A stretch of DNA of 64,000 bases from an uncultured Gammaproteobacteria bacterium (GCA_964551925.1 CAZKFA010000001.1:16281-80280), one strand, 5' to 3'. Counted from the stretch's first letter, positions 28,969-39,663 are shown. Program-made: numbers and translations. Notes: generated by a model from the sequence alone, not told the origin.

Positions 28969-29475
28969 CTAATGTTTCTTATGCAATTTACGATATTTAT
29001 AAGGACTTAAGCTTAATCCATTGCTTTGCCAGATATTAAGCTGATTGGATTTGGCAAAAGCTAAAGCATCTTTTAGCTTTTGATTATGAGGATCATTTTT
29101 GTCGAAGATAAAAATCTCAGCCCAACCATTTCGTAATATTTCTTCATTGAGGAATTTTTTCTGTCCATTACCTTCATAGAAAACATAAGCGAGTGTTCTT
29201 GAGTACTTGTCTGTCTTCTCTCGTCCATATTCTATCCAGATTTGCTCACCTGCTTGAATTTGACTGTAAACAAAATTTTGTGCTCTTTTACCCCAGGGTT
29301 CTTGACTGTATTCTGGCGTATCAATTCCTAATAAACGTAGTTGAGTTTTGTTACCAGACTGATCTTGTATTAGTAAAGAATCACCATCTTGTGCTCTGAT
29401 AAAGAAGAACTCATTAGCGCTACTGTTGTGGCAAGCACTAAGGCAGATTGCGACTAACAACAATAGAACACGCAT
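28969..29475 (-). CDS. Secreted thermonuclease (SNase/micrococcal nuclease-like)
   Basis: Signal peptide plus 'LRLLGIDTPEYSQEPWG' SNase catalytic motif; 168 aa. Confidence 0.7.
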   Translation of the reverse strand: MRVLLLLVAICLSACHNSSANEFFFIRAQDGDSLLIQDQSGNKTQLRLLGIDTPEYSQEPWGKRAQNFVYSQIQAGEQIWIEYGREKTDKYSRTLAYVFYEGNGQKKFLNEEILRNGWAEIFIFDKNDPHNQKLKDALAFAKSNQLNIWQSNGLSLSPYKYRKLHKKH

Positions 29476-29527
29476 TATAAAACAATTCTAGCAAAGTGCT
29501 TACTTTCTTGCTAACATTATCCATTTA

Positions 29528-30238
29528 ATGGCAGTTGAGCGCAGTTACAAATATTTAAATATCATCACAGTTTGTTTTGTTGTTGCTTTGTTGATTGCAA
29601 ATCTAGCTGGTTGTATTAAAATCATCCGCATAACAATTCCTTTTGTGGATTTTAGTTTTAGCTGTACTACTGGATTGCTATTGTTCCCTGCAACATATTT
29701 GATAGGTGATTTACTTACTGAGGTTTATGGCTATGCTCAAAGCCGGCGTGTCATTTGGACTGGATTTGGATCACTGATAGCTTCAAACCTAATCATACAG
29801 GGCTTTGTGGCTTTGCCACCAGATCCTGATTGGGGACTGCAAGAATCTTATCAACAAATATTCAATCAGAGCTTTCGCGTTAGTATGGCAAGTATGGTTG
29901 CTTTTTTCTGTGGAGAGTTTACCAATAGCTATGTAGTCGCTAAATTAAAAGTTATTACTAAAGGTAAAATGCAATGGCTAAGAATTATTGGTTCGACTGT
30001 AGCTGGTGAACTAGTTGATACTTTAATAATATTTCCTCTGGGTTTCTTGGGAGCAGCAGGTTATCCAATCTCACTAATGATAGGGGTTATAGCAACTAGT
30101 TATATATTTAAAGTTTGTTGGGAGATATTAGCTTATCCATTGACACGACAATTAATAGCTTTTTTGAAGCGTTCTGAAGTAGAAGATTACTATGACTATG
30201 ATACCAACTTTAGTCCTTTTCATTTAAATCATGCCTAA
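29528..30238 (+). CDS. yhhQ: Queuosine-precursor transporter (YhhQ/DUF165, VUT family)
   Basis: Polytopic; 'LLFPATYLIGDLLTEVYGYAQSRRVIWTGF' is the family signature. Confidence 0.7.
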   Translation: MAVERSYKYLNIITVCFVVALLIANLAGCIKIIRITIPFVDFSFSCTTGLLLFPATYLIGDLLTEVYGYAQSRRVIWTGFGSLIASNLIIQGFVALPPDPDWGLQESYQQIFNQSFRVSMASMVAFFCGEFTNSYVVAKLKVITKGKMQWLRIIGSTVAGELVDTLIIFPLGFLGAAGYPISLMIGVIATSYIFKVCWEILAYPLTRQLIAFLKRSEVEDYYDYDTNFSPFHLNHA

Positions 30239-31577
30239 AACAACACTAATTAAGAACGCAACTATTATTAACGAAGCTAAGCGTTTCGTTGGTTCTGTGT
30301 TGATCGAAGGTAAATTGATCAAGCAGATTATTACTAACGTAGGAGACTTAGATAGCTGCCAAGCTGGGACTGTGATTGATGCTACTGGTTGTTTTCTGAT
30401 TCCTGGCATGATTGATGGGCAAGTGCATTTTAGAGAGCCAGGGCTGACGCACAAGGGAGATATTTTTACGGAGTCTAAAGCAGCTATTGCTGGTGGTACT
30501 ACTTCTTTTATGGAGATGCCTAATACTATTCCTCGGGTACTTGATCGTAAAACTTTAGATGAGAAGTTTGCAATTGGAGCAAAGCAGTCGATGGCTAACT
30601 ATTCTTTTTATATGGGTACTTCAAACACTAATATTGATGAGGTTTTGAAGGTAGATCCTAAGCTGATTTGTGGCATCAAAATGTTTCTCGGATCTTCCAC
30701 TGGTGATATGCTTGTCGATGATCAGAATGCTATAGAAAAACTATTAGCTGAAACACAGATGCTGATTGCTTGTCATTGTGAGGATGAAGATACTATTATT
30801 GCTAATGCTAATAAGTATCGCAGTGAGATGGGTGAAGATCTGCCACTAGAGTATCATAGTAAGATTCGTAATCATAAGGCTTGTTATTTATCAAGCTCGC
30901 AGATTATCAAGAAAGCTAAGAAGTTTCAATCACGCTTGCACGTCTTGCATTTAACTACGGCTGATGAAATGGAATTGTTTGATAATAAGACAGAACTAGC
31001 CAAAAAGCGCATTACGGCTGAGGTTTGTGTGCATCATCTTTGGTTCACTAATAAAGATTACAAACAAAAAGGTAATTTTATTAAATGGAACCCTTCTATT
31101 AAAGATCCAGAGGATCGTAATGCTTTGCGCAAGGCAGTGAAGAATAATACCATTGATATTATTGCAACGGATCACGCTCCGCATACTCTTGAGGAGAAGA
31201 ATAATACTTACTTCAAATGCCCTTCTGGAGGACCTTTGGTGCAACATTCTTTGGTTGCATTATTAGAAATGTGTGAGCAAGGGATTTTTAATTTTGAAAC
31301 TATAGTTAATAAGACGAGCCACTCACCAGCGATTTGTTTTCAAGTTGAGAATAGAGGTTTCATTCGTGAGGGTTACGCTGCTGATTTGGTTTTGTTCAAG
31401 CGTAATCCTTGGCAAGTAAACAAGGATAATATTTTATATAAGTGCGGCTGGTCACCGTTTGAAGGACAAACTTTTAATTATCAAATTACTCATACTCTCG
31501 TCAATGGACACTTGGTATACGCCAACGGCAATATTGATGAGGCTTATAGAGGGGAGCAGTTGGAGTTTGTGCGATAG
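30231..31577 (+). CDS. pyrC: Dihydroorotase (class I cyclic amidohydrolase)
   Basis: 'IDGQVHFREPGLTHKGDIFTESKAAIAGGTTSFMEMPNT' matches the DHOase metal-binding N-terminus; 'DHAPH' second His pair; 448 aa. Confidence 0.65.
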   Translation: MPKTTLIKNATIINEAKRFVGSVLIEGKLIKQIITNVGDLDSCQAGTVIDATGCFLIPGMIDGQVHFREPGLTHKGDIFTESKAAIAGGTTSFMEMPNTIPRVLDRKTLDEKFAIGAKQSMANYSFYMGTSNTNIDEVLKVDPKLICGIKMFLGSSTGDMLVDDQNAIEKLLAETQMLIACHCEDEDTIIANANKYRSEMGEDLPLEYHSKIRNHKACYLSSSQIIKKAKKFQSRLHVLHLTTADEMELFDNKTELAKKRITAEVCVHHLWFTNKDYKQKGNFIKWNPSIKDPEDRNALRKAVKNNTIDIIATDHAPHTLEEKNNTYFKCPSGGPLVQHSLVALLEMCEQGIFNFETIVNKTSHSPAICFQVENRGFIREGYAADLVLFKRNPWQVNKDNILYKCGWSPFEGQTFNYQITHTLVNGHLVYANGNIDEAYRGEQLEFVR

Positions 31578-31617
31578 CTTGACATGACACTCCCAATAGT
31601 GTTATATTGACTTACTC

Positions 31618-33513
31618 GTGATGCCAAGAATAACCTCTAATCCTTTAGCGAATTTAGCTTTAGTCGCAGCAGCTTTTAGTGCTGGCTGTGGTGGATATGA
31701 GGAAATACCAACTACTCCAAAAACAGAGACAGCGATCGTTGATAATATTCCTGATACCAAGCCTTCGATACAACTTCCTGATAGTGATGCTTTGATTCAA
31801 AAAATAAAATTAGGCAAAGTTGATTCTATCTCTATGACTTATGCTGATACTGGAATGCGTTATCCTTTCTACACGATTCTTTTGACTAATGGCAATACCG
31901 TCTATCTAGACATCCCTGAGGACTTAGCCTCAAGAAAGCAAATCGGTGACGCGCTAGCTCGATCATTAGCAAAGAATAAATATGTAACTCTGATATCAGA
32001 ACGATCTATTATAAGAGATCTAAGTAAAGCTCTGACTTCTAGTGCTGGAATCATTATTCCTATTGTCGCACTGATATTTTTAATAGGTTACATAAATACG
32101 AAAAAAGAAGAAATGGATTCTGATGACCGAGTTATCAAACCGGGTGGAAACAACCCACAAAAAACTTCAGTAAAATTTTCAGATATACGTGGTAATAAAG
32201 AGAACGTCAAATTATTACAAGATATAGTAGCCTTACTCAAAAATATCAATAAATCAGAAGTCAAAATCCCCAGAGGAATTCTTCTATATGGTGGTCCAGG
32301 TACTGGTAAAACAATCATGGCTAAAGCTGTTGCAAACGAAGCTGGTATGAACTTCATAGCAATTAGTGGTTCAGACTTTATTGAAATATTCGCGGGGCAA
32401 GGAGCGAGAAAAGTCCGAGAGGTTTTTGCTACTGCAAGAAAACATAAACCTTGCATTATTTTTATTGATGAGATTGATGGAATTGGCAAGAATAGAAATG
32501 GTGCTCATGACGAAAGACTTCAAACAGTAAATCAAATTTTGGCTGAAATGGATGGCTTCAAATCAGGCAGTGGTGTTATGGTTATGGCGGCAACTAATGA
32601 TCCTGAGTCTTTAGATCCAGCCTTAATGCGAGAAGGTAGATTTGATTATAAGGTGCATATTGCAAATCCAAGTTCTATTGAGCAAAGAGCAGATATTTTG
32701 GATTTATACATTGAGAAGAAAAAGAAATCAGGGCGAATCGATGATGATATAAGCGCGGTAGAGGTTGCTAAAAAAACAATTGGTTTCTCTGGAGCTCAAC
32801 TTGAAGCAGTGATTGAACAAGCTGATATCCATGCTATTAGGCAAGGTAGAGATAAAATTTGTAAAAAAGATATTGCAGAAGCAATTAATCAAGTGTTATT
32901 AGGAATCAAATCTGATATTAAGCCAACTCCTGAAGCGCAAAGAGCCATTGCCATACATGAATTTGGTGGGCACTATTTAGTAGCAAGAAGTGCTGGAGTA
33001 AAAGTAAATGAAGTTTCTATTATTCCAAGAGGTAAATCTTTAGGACATATAACTATAGAACCTAATGATAATGAACTAATGAATCAATCTAAAGACGCGT
33101 TACTAAGAAGGTTGGTTGTTTTGTTGGGTGGCAGAGCAGGCGAGAAAATCTTGGGTTCTAGCATCACAGTCGGAGCAGAAGATGATCTAAACAAAGCTAG
33201 AAGCTTACTAAGATTAATGTTAAGTTCAAATATGCTCGGTACTACAATGTACAGTTATGATAATCCAGATCTACCATTATCAGCAAATGATGAAGAAATT
33301 GCCATAAAATTATTTCAAGCTGCGGAACAAACAGCAGAAGAAATTATCAAAGAATTTCCTCGTGATGATATAGAAAAACTGATAGCAAGAATCTTTAAAG
33401 AAGAAGAGATTACTGGTGACGCTGCTAATCAATTAGGTGAAGAAGTTATTGACAGGGCTATCTGGACAAAAGCTAGAGAGCGAGCTGATGCTTTTGTTAA
33501 GACTCAGGATTAA
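31618..33513 (+). CDS. ftsH: ATP-dependent zinc metalloprotease FtsH homolog (AAA+ plus M41), with a lipoprotein-type N-terminus
   Basis: Walker A 'GPGTGKT', SRH region, 'HEFGGH' zinc motif; N-terminus 'AAFSAGCGG' lipobox-like, then a periplasmic domain, then one TM. Confidence 0.75.
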   Translation: MMPRITSNPLANLALVAAAFSAGCGGYEEIPTTPKTETAIVDNIPDTKPSIQLPDSDALIQKIKLGKVDSISMTYADTGMRYPFYTILLTNGNTVYLDIPEDLASRKQIGDALARSLAKNKYVTLISERSIIRDLSKALTSSAGIIIPIVALIFLIGYINTKKEEMDSDDRVIKPGGNNPQKTSVKFSDIRGNKENVKLLQDIVALLKNINKSEVKIPRGILLYGGPGTGKTIMAKAVANEAGMNFIAISGSDFIEIFAGQGARKVREVFATARKHKPCIIFIDEIDGIGKNRNGAHDERLQTVNQILAEMDGFKSGSGVMVMAATNDPESLDPALMREGRFDYKVHIANPSSIEQRADILDLYIEKKKKSGRIDDDISAVEVAKKTIGFSGAQLEAVIEQADIHAIRQGRDKICKKDIAEAINQVLLGIKSDIKPTPEAQRAIAIHEFGGHYLVARSAGVKVNEVSIIPRGKSLGHITIEPNDNELMNQSKDALLRRLVVLLGGRAGEKILGSSITVGAEDDLNKARSLLRLMLSSNMLGTTMYSYDNPDLPLSANDEEIAIKLFQAAEQTAEEIIKEFPRDDIEKLIARIFKEEEITGDAANQLGEEVIDRAIWTKARERADAFVKTQD

Positions 33514-34072
33514 TGACTCGGCTTAATTCGTCCACTCGCCCCTCAATACTTAAAGACTTAAGTTCGTATAACTTCGATCTCAAACCCCAACTATCCACCA
33601 TCGCAAGTAGCAATCGATCTATCTGCCGTTGATAAGTAGCATTAGCCCAGCGGAAATTATCATCAGAGATCTCAAACATTATTGGCAAATAAACTAATAG
33701 ATCATAATTCTGTGCTTGCTGGTGAGCTGCTTGGTAGAAGCGTTCTGAAGTATCTACGTCTGCCGAGTTCCAGGACCAGCGCATAAAATAAACCCAGGCG
33801 TCTATCGTCGAGCGGTCTGCAATGAAGCTAGTAAACTGCTTTTCTGCTTGGATTTGACGCAAGAGCACATCTTCACGAAATTGATGAACGTCGCCATCAA
33901 TCTCGTAAGGATTCTTGTAGCCGCGTTCGTTACAAAGCACTCTAACTTGCTCCGGGATCTTGTTGTAGAGATTTGCAATAGAATCTTCTTTAAATAGAGC
34001 TTCTAGTAAAGTTGTTTTGCCAACGCCAGCGCTACCAATGAGAGCAACCTTCTTAAACTTGCTCTCTGTCAT
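33497..34072 (-). CDS. Small P-loop ATPase (AAA_28/NadR-C-like)
   Basis: 'VALIGSAGVGKTTLLEAL' Walker A; about 190 aa from the internal Met; the start choice is uncertain because it overlaps the ilvB 3' end. Confidence 0.45.
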   Translation of the reverse strand: MTESKFKKVALIGSAGVGKTTLLEALFKEDSIANLYNKIPEQVRVLCNERGYKNPYEIDGDVHQFREDVLLRQIQAEKQFTSFIADRSTIDAWVYFMRWSWNSADVDTSERFYQAAHQQAQNYDLLVYLPIMFEISDDNFRWANATYQRQIDRLLLAMVDSWGLRSKLYELKSLSIEGRVDELSRVINPES

Positions 34073-35873
34073 AATCTTGTGGTGAACGAGTGCTGCACGA
34101 TTCTGGCATAGTGCCCGCATCAATACCCATCATGTCCATGTTGGAGCCGCCTGGTGGCACTATAGGCCAAACATTCATCTCGTAAGCCATTGGGAAGTCT
34201 ATCACCACAGCTTGCCCTGTAGCAAAAGCCTCTTTGAGAATGCCTTCGACATCATCTCTCGTCTCTGGTTTATAGCCATTGAGTCCGTAAGCATCAGCAA
34301 GCTTGACGAAATCTGGACTGCCGTGTTTGAGATCGACGTGAGAATATTTTTTGTCATAGAATAAATCTTGCCACTGTCTTACCATTCCCAAATTTTGGTT
34401 ATTAAAAATACAATTAATAACTTTAAGATCATAAGCTTTAAGTGTGCCAAGTTCTTGCTCACACATCTGAAAGCTACCATCGCCTGTAATGTTTACCACG
34501 ACTTCATCTGAGCGGTCATTCTCGGTGCCGCGACTATCTTCAAGTGCGGCTGCTGCTCCCATCGCTGCTGGCAGTCCATAACCCATAGTACCAGCACCAC
34601 CGCTAGTGAGCCATTGACGAGGGTGATTAATTTCTGCGTATTGTGCTGCCCACATTTGATGTTGACCAACATCTGTAGAATAGACAACTTTATCGCCACC
34701 GATTTTTTTGATGGTCTTAAGTATATGCTGCGGACTGATTAGATCTTGTGAGATAGGGTCGTGGTCTAGTGGATATTCGTCTTTCCATTCTTGGACTTTT
34801 TTTAGCCACTCTTCGGTGTCAGGTTTACGTTTGTTAATTTCTTGAATCAGATCTTCAAGTATAAGCTTTGCGTCACCAACAATAGGAACATCAATCTCTG
34901 AGCGCATCTTGCGATTTTTGCCAACTTCAGCTGGATCTATATCTATGTGGATTACATTAGCATCTGGTGCAAAGGTTGATAGTTTGCCTGTTACTCTATC
35001 GTCAAATCTAGCACCAACTGCAATTAATAAATCAGAATTATAGACAGCGTAGTTGGCGTATGCAGTACCGTGCATACCAAGCATACCCAGAAATAATGGG
35101 TGACGATGAGGTACAGCTCCCTTACCTTGTAGTGTCGTGGTAACGGGAATCATGAGAGACTCAGCGAGCTCACATAGTAGTTTGGAAGCGCCAGCACTGA
35201 TTACACCACCACCAGCATAAAGCACTGGGCGACGGGCTTTGAGGATTTGTATTGCAGCCATTGCGATCTGTTTAGGGTTGCCTTTGAGTTTAGGTTTATA
35301 ACCACGAATGTCTGGCACGTAGCTATCGTCGATTCTATTATCGTCTGTAACTTCAAACTCGCCATTAAGGACATCTTTCGGCATATCTACCAAAACCGGT
35401 CCAGGACGTCCAGTACCGCTAATATGAAAGGCATTAGCAACGCAACGCGCCAGATCCTCTGGTTTCTTGACTAAATAACTGTGTTTGACAATTGGGTAAG
35501 TGATCCCTGTGATATCTGCTTCCTGAAAGAAGTCTGAGCCAATACCAAAAGTTGGGACTTGACCGGTAAGACAAACGATAGGCGTTGAATCCATGTAAGC
35601 GTCTGCAATTCCGGTAACTAAATTTGTAGCACCAGGTCCGCTAGTAGCTAAGACAACTCCAGGTCTGCCACTAACGCGTGCGTAACCTTCTGCTGCGTGA
35701 GCTCCGCCTTGTTCATGTCTTACTAAGATGTGTAATAATTCGTTTTCGTAATACAGTTCGTCATATAGACCGAGCAATACTCCGCCAGGATAACCAAAAA
35801 ATCTCTTGACGCCTTGACGTCTTAACTCTTTTAGTAAAGATTTGGCTCCGGTAGTGGTTTCTTTTGCTGCCAT
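34053..35873 (-). CDS. ilvB: Acetolactate synthase large (catalytic) subunit, ThDP/FAD-dependent
   Basis: 606 aa; 'GYPGGVLLGLYDELY', 'GPGATNLVTGIADA', ThDP motif 'GDGSFQM...NN..LGMV'. Confidence 0.8.
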   Translation of the reverse strand: MAAKETTTGAKSLLKELRRQGVKRFFGYPGGVLLGLYDELYYENELLHILVRHEQGGAHAAEGYARVSGRPGVVLATSGPGATNLVTGIADAYMDSTPIVCLTGQVPTFGIGSDFFQEADITGITYPIVKHSYLVKKPEDLARCVANAFHISGTGRPGPVLVDMPKDVLNGEFEVTDDNRIDDSYVPDIRGYKPKLKGNPKQIAMAAIQILKARRPVLYAGGGVISAGASKLLCELAESLMIPVTTTLQGKGAVPHRHPLFLGMLGMHGTAYANYAVYNSDLLIAVGARFDDRVTGKLSTFAPDANVIHIDIDPAEVGKNRKMRSEIDVPIVGDAKLILEDLIQEINKRKPDTEEWLKKVQEWKDEYPLDHDPISQDLISPQHILKTIKKIGGDKVVYSTDVGQHQMWAAQYAEINHPRQWLTSGGAGTMGYGLPAAMGAAAALEDSRGTENDRSDEVVVNITGDGSFQMCEQELGTLKAYDLKVINCIFNNQNLGMVRQWQDLFYDKKYSHVDLKHGSPDFVKLADAYGLNGYKPETRDDVEGILKEAFATGQAVVIDFPMAYEMNVWPIVPPGGSNMDMMGIDAGTMPESCSTRSPQDYDREQV

Positions 35874-35937
35874 GACTCTATTTTAGCAGTATTTGTTATA
35901 ATTTATCCTAGGCACTTGTTGTAAGTGCTATTTCTTT

Positions 35938-37110
35938 ATGCCAACTTTTTCAAAACTTGACAAATATGTACTTTCTGAATTCTGGTTGCCGCTAATTAGT
36001 GGTGCTGGCATCATTACTGGTGTCTGGTTGGGGATTGATAAGTTCAAAGATATTTTTAAGCTCTTAGCTAAATCTGGAGCTTCTTTTACTACGGGTCTTG
36101 TGATTCTTGGTTTGGAGACGCCGCAGATTCTTGCCTTGACTATTCCTATCAGTATTTTACTTGCTAGTTTTTTGGCTTTTCAGAAATTATCTGGGCAATC
36201 TGAAGTTATTGCAATGAGAGCTGCTGGGGTGAGTTTCACTAGGCTAATGCGTCCCGTTGTTATTCTTGGTTTGCTTGGAATGATGGCGACGTTTTTTTTG
36301 AGTGAGGTGATAGTGCCGTTTACGACACCTTTTGCTAAGAAGATTTATATGCTTGCTTTGTATGAAGATCCGATTGCTACAAGCTCGCTGAATGGCTTTA
36401 GTTATTTTGAAAAAGATTCTAGTAATATACTCAAGCGAATTTTTTATGTGCGTAGATTTAATAATGATCAATTAAAGAGTGTAGTAATTTTAGACTTCTC
36501 AAAAGAAAATCTTGCTGTGATCCATACTGCTAAAGCCGGTCACTGGGATGCTGCTAAAGGTGGTTGGTTCCTCAAAAATGGCAGCACTAGTTATGTTAAA
36601 GAATCTGTTCCAACTGGAGATCATGATATTTTTGAAGATGATTTTGAGAATGTGGCTGGATCTTCTTCTATGCATTTGATCTCCAATTTCAAAGAGACTT
36701 TTATTCCAAGTTCATTGAACCCACAAGAGATACTTAAGAGAATGGCAAATGTTAGAGATATGAATTTCGCTAGTTTGTTTAGTTATATTAAATTACACGA
36801 GAAGGCTAATATTGAAACTGATTCTCTAAACGAGTTTCGTACCAAATTTCATACTAAGTTTTCTTATCCATTCTCTTGTGTTTTGCTTGCCGTTATCGGT
36901 GCTTGTTTGGGAATAGTGGGCAGACGCCGTACTATTAATTGGGGTTATATAATTTTAGGTTTAGTAGTGTTTGTGTTTTATATGTCACAGACAGTGTTTG
37001 ATTCCTTTGGAGATTCTGGTAAAATATTGCCGATGCTTTCGGTATGGATACCAAACCTAATTATTGGCGCACTTGCAGCGACTGTATTTTTCTATAGAGC
37101 GAATAAATAG
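35938..37110 (+). CDS. LptF/LptG-family LPS export permease
   Basis: 390 aa; YjgP/YjgQ topology (3 TM, periplasmic beta-jellyroll region, 3 TM). Confidence 0.7.
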   Translation: MPTFSKLDKYVLSEFWLPLISGAGIITGVWLGIDKFKDIFKLLAKSGASFTTGLVILGLETPQILALTIPISILLASFLAFQKLSGQSEVIAMRAAGVSFTRLMRPVVILGLLGMMATFFLSEVIVPFTTPFAKKIYMLALYEDPIATSSLNGFSYFEKDSSNILKRIFYVRRFNNDQLKSVVILDFSKENLAVIHTAKAGHWDAAKGGWFLKNGSTSYVKESVPTGDHDIFEDDFENVAGSSSMHLISNFKETFIPSSLNPQEILKRMANVRDMNFASLFSYIKLHEKANIETDSLNEFRTKFHTKFSYPFSCVLLAVIGACLGIVGRRRTINWGYIILGLVVFVFYMSQTVFDSFGDSGKILPMLSVWIPNLIIGALAATVFFYRANK

Positions 37111-37130
37111 GCTTGTTACGAATCTAATAA

Positions 37131-37595
37131 TTAGCCGAAGCTATCAAGGTTGATACCGTTGTTTGGAGTGTTTGGTGTCATTGGTTTGAGATTGGCTGTG
37201 CGTGTTTGTGGTGCTGTTGTACCATAGACGTCTTGTGTAACTTCTTTTAAAATCCTCTCTAGAAAGGCTTTCTCTGGTATGCGTAAGTCTTTGAAAGTAT
37301 TAGAGAATTGAATTGCTGCTTCAGAGTAAACGCCTGGAGTTGGAGCGTCTTTGAGAAATTTTGGCGCTTCTTCGCCTCTGAGAGCGAGATTAGCTTCTCG
37401 GACTTGCTGCTTACGAGCCGCATCAAGTGGAGTGTTACTAACAAAAGCATCTGCTTGAGAGCTATTTGGTATGTGTGTATAAGCTGGTTCTGAGGTTGGA
37501 CTATTGAGATCTTTACGTGGAGTCTGTGATGTGGCCTCTCCCAATGAAGGAATATAACCATCGAAATTTTTTAATGGATCTGTCCCAGATGACAT
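37131..37595 (-). CDS. Hypothetical Pro/Thr/Ser-rich protein carrying 'NSP' motifs
   Basis: 154 aa; 'LNSPTSEP...IPNSSQ...' low-complexity. Confidence 0.35.
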   Translation of the reverse strand: MSSGTDPLKNFDGYIPSLGEATSQTPRKDLNSPTSEPAYTHIPNSSQADAFVSNTPLDAARKQQVREANLALRGEEAPKFLKDAPTPGVYSEAAIQFSNTFKDLRIPEKAFLERILKEVTQDVYGTTAPQTRTANLKPMTPNTPNNGINLDSFG

Positions 37596-37620
37596 AATGA
37601 TATAGTTAACTATATTTAGA

Positions 37621-38895
37621 TTAAGATACGGTTAAGGATGTAGCAAGATATGGTTTGAGGCAGTCTGGGATAGCAATAGAGCCGTCTTTTTGTTGATAAT
37701 TTTCTAAGATAGCTGCTAGAGTCCTGCCTACGGCAAGCCCAGAGCCATTAATAGTATGAACCAGCTGAGCTTTAGTCTCAGAATTGTACTTAAAGCGAAT
37801 TTTGGCGCGTCTTGCTTGAAAATCCTTGAAATTGCTACAACTACTTATTTCTCTATATTTGCCTTGTCCTGGGAACCAAACCTCTAAGTCGTAGCATTTA
37901 CTTGCCCCAAATCCAATATCACCAGTACAAAGCAAAACCTTACGGTAAGGTAATTTGAGAGCTTGTAATATTGCTTCTGCGTCTTTAGTAAGTCTCTCGT
38001 GTTCAGCTTCGCTATCTTCTGGGCTAGTGATTTTGACTAGTTCGATTTTGTTGAATTGATGTTGGCGAATGATGCCGCGAGTGTCTTTAGATGCTGCTCC
38101 CGCCTCTGATCTAAAGTTTGGTGTATAGGCACACAAGCTAATTGGTAATTGGTTAGCATCAAGAATCTCGTCGCGATAGATATTAGTGAGAGGTACTTCT
38201 GCTGTCGGGATTAGATATAAATCTTCATCTTGGATTTGGTAGAGATCTGCTTTGAACTTTGGAAGTTGACCGGTTCCAAATAAGGACTCGCTATTAACTA
38301 AGATTGGTGGAACGCACTCGGCATAGCCATTAGAGCTTGCTGTATCAAGCATGAAGTTGATAAGAGCCCTTTCTAGTTTGGCCGCTAAACCTTTAACTAG
38401 AGTGAATCTGCTTTTTGCAATTTTGACTCCACGTTCGAAATCTAGAATATCTAATCTACGCCCAATCTCATCATGATCGAGAACCTCGAAGTCAAACTCT
38501 CTGACAGTGCCATGTTTATAGACTATTTGATTATCGTGCTCATCTTTGCCAATGGGTGTTCCTTGGTCTGGTAGGTTGGGAATTGCTACTAATAAAGCTT
38601 GTTGTTTAGCAAAGAGTTCCGGCTCTCTGTCTGAGATTGCTTTGAGAGAGGTCTTGATTTTATTAAGCTGTTCTATTTCGTTGTCAGCGTTTTCTTTTTG
38701 AGCTTTTTTGATGCCCACTTGTTTAGATAGTTGATTGCGATTGGTTTCTAGTTCTTGCTGAGCTTGTAAGGCTTGGCGGTGCTCAAGATCCAAAGCGATA
38801 AGCTCTTCAACCATTGCAACAAAAGCAGGATTGCGGCTAGCTAATAGTCGTTTGACCATTTCTGGTTCTTGGCGAATAAGTTTAATGTCAATCAT
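37621..38895 (-). CDS. serS: Serine--tRNA ligase
   Basis: Start taken at the internal 'MIDIKLIRQEPE' (canonical SerS N-terminus); class II motifs present; the track ORF extends 13 codons further upstream. Confidence 0.9.
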   Translation of the reverse strand: MIDIKLIRQEPEMVKRLLASRNPAFVAMVEELIALDLEHRQALQAQQELETNRNQLSKQVGIKKAQKENADNEIEQLNKIKTSLKAISDREPELFAKQQALLVAIPNLPDQGTPIGKDEHDNQIVYKHGTVREFDFEVLDHDEIGRRLDILDFERGVKIAKSRFTLVKGLAAKLERALINFMLDTASSNGYAECVPPILVNSESLFGTGQLPKFKADLYQIQDEDLYLIPTAEVPLTNIYRDEILDANQLPISLCAYTPNFRSEAGAASKDTRGIIRQHQFNKIELVKITSPEDSEAEHERLTKDAEAILQALKLPYRKVLLCTGDIGFGASKCYDLEVWFPGQGKYREISSCSNFKDFQARRAKIRFKYNSETKAQLVHTINGSGLAVGRTLAAILENYQQKDGSIAIPDCLKPYLATSLTVS

Positions 38896-38925
38896 AGCAA
38901 TCCATTCTAAAGTATAATATAGAAA

Positions 38926-39663
38926 TTGGTGCAACGCAATTATAGATTTAGCCTTAATCCTGAAGATAAGCTTGAAAGCAAGCTTATGGTAGTTAACAAT
39001 AAAGATTTAATACACCAAATTACAAATGTTCTGAGATTAAGACCAGGACACAAAGAAGGGCTTAGTTTTATTGATGGTAGTGGGCTTGTTTATGAGGTCA
39101 AGATGATTAGCCAAGGCAAAAAAAAAATTGATTTTGAGATTATTAGCACAGTGGCTTCTCCTCGTGAATTGAAACAGCAAATTAGATTCTTTGTACCTAT
39201 GATTAAGAAAGAATCCTTTGCCTTTATGATTCAAAAGCTTACAGAGATTGGTGTACAAGAGATAGTCCCGGTGAGTTTTGCGCGCTCGCAGAGAAAAAAC
39301 ATAGAGGCTTTTAATAAGGATAAGATGCTGAAAATCATTTCTGAAGCTACGGAACAGTGTGAGGGAGCTGTTTATACTAAGCTCTCTGATATTATTGAGT
39401 TTGAAAATTTGTCTTATTATACACCGTATAGTAGCGCTTATTATGCTAGTGAGCGTTTGTCGTTAACAGCAGCAAGTCAAGCAGTTAGTTTGGTAAATAG
39501 CGACGTTGTAAACTTATTGGTTGGACCAGAAGGTGGATTGACGGATGAAGAAGTTGAGATTCTGGATTCATTGGGATTTGCGGCTACGAGTTTGGGTCCG
39601 CGCTTGCTGAAGGCAGAGACTGCGGCGATTTGTTTAGTTAGTAGTATTATGACAAAGCCTTAG
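38926..39663 (+). CDS. rsmE: 16S rRNA (uracil1498-N3)-methyltransferase
   Basis: 245 aa; 'ITNVLRLRPGH' N-terminal PUA-like, 'LLVGPEGGLTDEE' SPOUT C-terminus. Confidence 0.8.
   Translation: MVQRNYRFSLNPEDKLESKLMVVNNKDLIHQITNVLRLRPGHKEGLSFIDGSGLVYEVKMISQGKKKIDFEIISTVASPRELKQQIRFFVPMIKKESFAFMIQKLTEIGVQEIVPVSFARSQRKNIEAFNKDKMLKIISEATEQCEGAVYTKLSDIIEFENLSYYTPYSSAYYASERLSLTAASQAVSLVNSDVVNLLVGPEGGLTDEEVEILDSLGFAATSLGPRLLKAETAAICLVSSIMTKP

Noticed and set aside
33497-34123. Extended N-terminus (MMRALCQNRAALVHHKIM...) of the P-loop ATPase overlapping ilvB by 70 nt
   Set aside because: The Walker A motif lies close to the internal Met at 34072; the longer start is probably over-extension into the ilvB 3' end.
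37621-38934. 13-codon N-terminal extension of serS (MHQFLYYTLEWIA-)
   Set aside because: The canonical SerS N-terminus 'MIDIKLIR' begins at the internal Met; the extension is probably a read-through of upstream sequence.
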